From NCBI GenBank assembly GCA_017466275.1, contig JAFTUL010000013.1:39343-103342 (forward strand): a stretch of 64,000 nucleotides of DNA. Reading direction: 5' to 3'. The notes beneath the pieces were generated by a model. That model did no database searches and was not told the origin of the DNA. It saw only the letters and a program-made list of their open reading frames with translations. This document shows positions 59,452-64,000 of this stretch, one piece after another. The stretch comes from Clostridia bacterium (GTDB taxonomy: Bacteria > Bacillota > Clostridia > UMGS1883). Every line of letters starts with the position of its first letter. Within the stretch, counting starts at the first letter, position 1. Position numbers and translations under genes: made by a program.

Positions 59452-60260
59452 TGAAGAAAAAGCTTTCTTTTACGGAGTTCCTCAGCAAATTTTATGTGTA
59501 TATCCTGCTTCTGGTTATGTATGCACCGCTTTTGCTTCTGATTGTGTTCAGCTTCACCGATACGAAAATTATCGGCAGATGGGACGGCTTCAGTCTGCAT
59601 CTGTATGAGGCTCTCTTTAAGGATGCCGAAATTATGCAGGCGTTTGGAAACACATTCTTGGTTGCAATTTCCTCTGCCGTGGTTTCCACGATTTTAGGAA
59701 CAATGGGTGCAATAGGCATTTTTTACAGCGGAAAGAGAAGCAAGGCAATAATGGAGGGAATCAGCAACATTCCCGTTATAAATGCGGAAATTGTTACAGC
59801 ACTTTCGCTTACCATTCTATTTGTTATGGCAGGTGTGACTTTTAACTTTATCACGCTTCTTATCGGTCACGTAGTGCTGACAATCCCCTTTGTTATACTG
59901 GCTGTACGTCCCAAGCTTATGCAGATGGACCCCAATATTTACGAGGCGGCTCTTGATTTGGGTGCAACTCCCAAAAAGGCACTGAGGACAATCGTAATTC
60001 CCCAGATAATGCCGGGAATTGTGTCAGGTTTTATCCTGTCAATCACTCTTAGCCTTGACGATTATATTATAACGGCGTTTACAAGAGATACGGCATTTCA
60101 GACACTCAGCACCTATGTGTACGGTGTTACCAGCAAAAAGGGTACACTTCCTCCGTCGCTTCGTGCACTTACCACGATTATCACATTGATAGCACTTGTG
60201 ATACTGATTATTGTAAATATTAACAGTTCGGGGGAGAAAAAGAAAAATGAAAAAATTTAG
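59445..60260 (+). CDS. potC: spermidine/putrescine ABC transporter permease PotC
   Basis: 271 aa permease with EAA loop. Overlaps potB. Confidence 0.85.
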   Translation: MVMKKKLSFTEFLSKFYVYILLLVMYAPLLLLIVFSFTDTKIIGRWDGFSLHLYEALFKDAEIMQAFGNTFLVAISSAVVSTILGTMGAIGIFYSGKRSKAIMEGISNIPVINAEIVTALSLTILFVMAGVTFNFITLLIGHVVLTIPFVILAVRPKLMQMDPNIYEAALDLGATPKKALRTIVIPQIMPGIVSGFILSITLSLDDYIITAFTRDTAFQTLSTYVYGVTSKKGTLPPSLRALTTIITLIALVILIIVNINSSGEKKKNEKI

Positions 60261-61683
60261 TGCACTTATATTGTGTCTTATACTGTGCTTTTCCTATGCC
60301 CCCTTGTCATTTGCGGAAGAAACGGTGCTGAAGGTTTATAACTGGCAGGACTATATTGACGAGGGAAAAGACGACGACGGTGCGAAAATTTCAGATTCCG
60401 TTATGGAATTGTGGGAAAAGGATTACCTGAGTCGCACAGGAAAAAAGGTGCGTGTACAGTACGACACCTTTGAAACAAACGAAACAATGTTAAACACCCT
60501 CAGGACAGGGCGTTCCGATTATGACCTGGTATGTCCGTCGGACTATATCATTCAGAAAATGATTTCCGCAACGGAAAAAGGTAATGACGAAAATATCGCT
60601 ATTGAGAAATTCGATATATCGGCTATGCCCAACTACACAAAAAATGTTTCTCCGTATATTTCAGAATTGTTTGAAAAGAACGGCTGGACAGAATATTCGG
60701 TAGCATATATGTGGGGCACGGTTGGTTTCCTCTACAATCCCGAAACGGTTTTGAGGGAAGATATTTCCACGTGGGATTTCTTCTGGAACACTGATTACCG
60801 AAACAGAATGACCTGCAAGGATGTTTCCCGTGATGCTTATGTTATTGGCTCGCTCTATGTACACCGTGACGAGCTTCGCAAGGCAAATAAAAAGTATAAA
60901 AAGGGTGAAATTTCTGCCGAGGAATTGCAGAAAATTGTAAATACTGCGGCAAATGACACCACAGCGGAAAACATTGCAAATGTGGAAATTGCCCTTTCTG
61001 ATATGAAAAGGAATATCTACGGCTTTGAGGTGGATTCGGGAAAGACCGATATTGTATCGGGAAAAATCCATGCAAACCTTGCGTGGAGCGGTGATGCCGT
61101 TTATGCAATGGACCTTGCCGAGGAAGAGGACGGAAAAGAGCTTGAGTTTGTAATTCCCAACGAGGGAAGTACAATTTATTTTGACGGTTGGGTTATGCCC
61201 AAGGGGGCAAATGTGGAGCTTGCTCAGGATTTCGTGGACTTTTTGTGCAGACCCGAAATAGCAGTTATGAATATGGATTATATCGGTTATACCAGTGCTA
61301 TTGCAGGTGACGAAATCTTCGACCTTGTATGCGAAAATTACGAGGAAGAGGACGGAGAGTACGAATACGACCTTTCCTATTTCTTCAACGGAACTCTGTC
61401 GGAGGATAAATATACCGACGGAAAGGCAATCATCCGTACAAATACATTCGGCAGACAGCTTACCACACAGTACCCCTCTACCGAAGAGGTTGCACGATGC
61501 GGTATTATGGAGGATTTCGGGGACAGAAATGAAGCGGTCCTTGAAATGTGGAGCAAGGTCAAGAGCAATAACATCACAGCATTTTCATACGTGATGATGG
61601 CTTTCCTTGCATTGGTAGCAGTATTTATGCTGACATCTTCAATAAAGAAAAAATTGAAAAAGAAAAAAAGAATGAGAAGATAA
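60247..61683 (+). CDS. potD: polyamine-type extracellular solute-binding protein PotD-like, with insertions and C-terminal TM anchor
   Basis: Signal peptide. SBP_bac_1/PotD-like core (…LKVYNWQDYID…). 478 aa. Ends with a hydrophobic helix plus KKKLKKKKRMRR tail. Confidence 0.7.
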   Translation: MKKFSALILCLILCFSYAPLSFAEETVLKVYNWQDYIDEGKDDDGAKISDSVMELWEKDYLSRTGKKVRVQYDTFETNETMLNTLRTGRSDYDLVCPSDYIIQKMISATEKGNDENIAIEKFDISAMPNYTKNVSPYISELFEKNGWTEYSVAYMWGTVGFLYNPETVLREDISTWDFFWNTDYRNRMTCKDVSRDAYVIGSLYVHRDELRKANKKYKKGEISAEELQKIVNTAANDTTAENIANVEIALSDMKRNIYGFEVDSGKTDIVSGKIHANLAWSGDAVYAMDLAEEEDGKELEFVIPNEGSTIYFDGWVMPKGANVELAQDFVDFLCRPEIAVMNMDYIGYTSAIAGDEIFDLVCENYEEEDGEYEYDLSYFFNGTLSEDKYTDGKAIIRTNTFGRQLTTQYPSTEEVARCGIMEDFGDRNEAVLEMWSKVKSNNITAFSYVMMAFLALVAVFMLTSSIKKKLKKKKRMRR

Positions 61684-61735
61684 AGGAAAAAGCACTATCG
61701 AATGATGGTGCTTTTCTTATTAAAGAGAAATATTA

Positions 61736-61969
61736 TTAATGTGTTGGGAAAGATGTTGGATTTTCTGTAATGCCACATATATAATTCATATCTACATTAT
61801 AAAAACGGGCGAGTATAATGGCACTTTCTATAGGAATACGAATTTTTCTCAGTTCATAATCTGCATATGTCCGTTGTCCAATATTGAGCAGTTTCGCAAT
61901 GTCTGATTGCGTTTTATCATTATCCTCACGCAACTGACGGATTCTTTCAGCAATATCCATAATAAACAC
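61736..61969 (-). CDS. XRE-family HTH transcriptional regulator (77 aa)
   Basis: HTH_3 pattern (…KTQSDIAKLLNIGQRTYADYELRKIRIPIESAIILARFYNV…). Confidence 0.7.
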   Translation of the reverse strand: MFIMDIAERIRQLREDNDKTQSDIAKLLNIGQRTYADYELRKIRIPIESAIILARFYNVDMNYICGITENPTSFPTH

Positions 61970-62077
61970 CTCAGAATTATTCTACTATAGCGGAAATAAC
62001 TCTATTGACTTTTAGCGGAATTTACTCTAAAATAAAAGAGGTAGAATATTTGATTTTAATAAAACAAAAAGAAAAGG

Positions 62078-64000
62078 AGTAATGAGAATGAAAATTAAAA
62101 GAGTCGTTTCAGTAATTACCTTACTATTATTGCTTTTTGAAAGCAAGATATTAACTTTTTCTGAAACAGTAAAAGCAGAAGCAAATAGTGCGCCGGTGTT
62201 TATTGATGTTCCAAGTGACCATTGGGCAAAAACACAAATTGATAGTTTTGTGAAAAAAGGAATTGTCAATGGATATGCTGACGGTAGTTTCAAGCCCTCA
62301 AACGGGGTTACAAGAGAGGAATTCTGCAAGCTTCTTGTTGCGACATTTGATGTTCAACTTGAAGTGCCGAATGTTTCAAGTTTTGCAGATATTGATAAAA
62401 ACAGATGGTCTTATCAGTATATTGAAACCTGCAAAGAGTTTTTTCCAGGATACATAGATAAAAGTGATGGTACAAATAAATTTATGCCTACACAGTACGC
62501 TGTCAGAGAAGATATTGCCTCTGCAATAGCTAAAGCAATGGGATGTAGAGAAGACAGTGCAAATAATATTAATTACGCAATATCTAAATTTAGTGATGGA
62601 GAAGCCATTAATCATAAATTGTTGCCATATGTAAGTATTGCTTGTGAAAAGGGTCTTATAAGTGGTTATCCTGATGGCTCATTTGGTCCGCAAAAGGGTA
62701 TAACCCGTGCGGAAACTGTCGCACTGTTGGAACGTGCAGTAAAACAAGCGGAAAATAGTGAAACAAATGAAAAAAACAATACTGTACCTACGGATGATGT
62801 AAATGCCAAGATTAATGAAGAAGATATTCCAGTTATATATGAAAATGAAAAGCATGATTTGATTATGATTGAACCCGAGACAGGAAAAAGCTACTTGCTG
62901 ACAGAAGAAAGTAGTTGTTGTAGTACAGAAAATGCACTCAAAGCTGGTAAACATGAAAACTTTTCTGTTTCAGAAGATGGAAAAAGAATCTTTTTTATAG
63001 GCGGATGGGAAGATAAAAAACTCTATTACAGAAACATAAAAAGATTCAACAACAATGCTGAGAAAAATGTAGTGATTGACACAGGTGTTAAGTATTTCAA
63101 AATAGCAAAAGACGGTAACAGTGTTATTTATGTTAAGGATAAGAGCCTATATTTTAGTGACCTTGTAGCAAGTAAAAAGTTGTCTGATGGTAGATATGGA
63201 AGCAATCTAAATTTATATTTTATACCAATGTATTCAGAAAATTCTAAGACCTTCGTATATAAAGATGAAGCATATTACATATGCGGGACTGAAAATAATG
63301 ATAAGCCGGAGAAAATAGACGGCGATATTCTTCCATATTATAATAGCTATGAGCAGCATATTTATCCTTCTCTTTACACATATTATAATACTGTTTATTA
63401 TGTAAAGAGAGAGGAAAACACTTCTTATGACAATAATTTTTTATCTATTTATGAAAAAACATATCTTGGAAAGGCTGTAAAAGTTGCAGAGAATGTCAGT
63501 GATGCTTTTGTTGTTGACGGAAACCTTTTTCTTTGCAAAAAAGACGACGTAGTTAGAGAAGATGCTATTATACAATCATCATTATTTATCTATGATGGAA
63601 AAAGTTTAAAAAAGATGATAGAGAATGTTCAGGAAATCAAATATGATTTCAAGGGTGGATTATTAGAAGCTTATTTGTGGGATGATGTTTTGTCAGGTGC
63701 CTTTAAGTCTGATGGCAGTTTGGTAAAATTCGACCCTCTCCAAAACAACTTTAAGGGGACGGTTATATATTTTGATGAAAAGTATGCATACACAGTTGAT
63801 GAGGACAGTCATGAACTTTACAAATATAATTTGAATAGCGAGAGAAATGTGCAACTCTTAACAGAAGAAAAACTTTTGGACAAAGTATATTATTCTGTTG
63901 GATACAGATGGGTACCTAATGGGGCTATCATTTATACAGAAGATAATGGTACACACGAATTGATGACAACACATTTCATTGAAAACGGCAACTGTACAAA
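62078..64000 (+). CDS. SLH-domain cell-surface protein, N-terminal 640 aa (3' end truncated by window edge)
   Basis: AAAAGGAG RBS 8 nt upstream. Signal peptide. Three SLH repeats (FIDVPSDHWAKTQIDSFVKKGIVNGYADGSFKP…, FADIDKNRWSYQYIETC…, …YVSIACEKGLISGYPDGSFGP…). No stop codon before the window end. Confidence 0.7.

Overview
This 64 kb window looks like core chromosome from a spore-forming Firmicutes/Clostridia-type genome. Genes are densely packed on both strands and are mostly housekeeping, with several sporulation genes (ypeB, pdaB-like, spoVAC, spoVAD, spoVB, a CotF-like coat protein). There is no prophage, IS element, CRISPR array, tRNA or rRNA.

Recognisable operons and genes:
- serS (5' truncated by the window edge)
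- an amino-acid ABC transporter (substrate-binding protein, permease, ATPase)
- proBAC
- dusB
- a 57 aa 2x[4Fe-4S] ferredoxin that the ORF track misses
- an ACT-domain gene with hom and lysC
- cysK
- a dCMP deaminase
- archaeal-type proS
- murF
- rpsO and pnp
- a UPF0340 protein
- gdhA
- mutS2
- a PPi-dependent PFK, ROK glucokinase, dGTPase and a second PFK
- ctsR-mcsA-mcsB-clpC, with a triple CtsR heptad operator
- an ECF sigma factor with its anti-sigma partner
- a phosphodiester glycosidase
- rlmB
- comEC
- potABCD
- a partial SLH-domain surface protein

The most unusual content is non-coding:
1. A modular family of GC-rich stem-loop repeats. It has five copies (14.7 kb, 31.5 kb, 32.6-32.9 kb, 36.9-37.2 kb, 56.2-56.8 kb) in both orientations, with shuffled modules and compensatory base changes in the stems. 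It matches nothing I recognise.
2. A pair of ~100 bp inward-facing inverted repeats bracketing cysK, also with stem covariation.
3. A ~290 nt leader upstream of potABCD containing a terminator/antiterminator pair, which looks like a candidate riboswitch or attenuator.
4. A ~150 bp cluster of nested hairpins between two convergent genes at 5.3-5.4 kb.

Four small XRE-type regulators and an orphan 55 aa AbrB-N-domain protein sit next to these elements. Hand-derived coordinates may be off by 1-2 nt.
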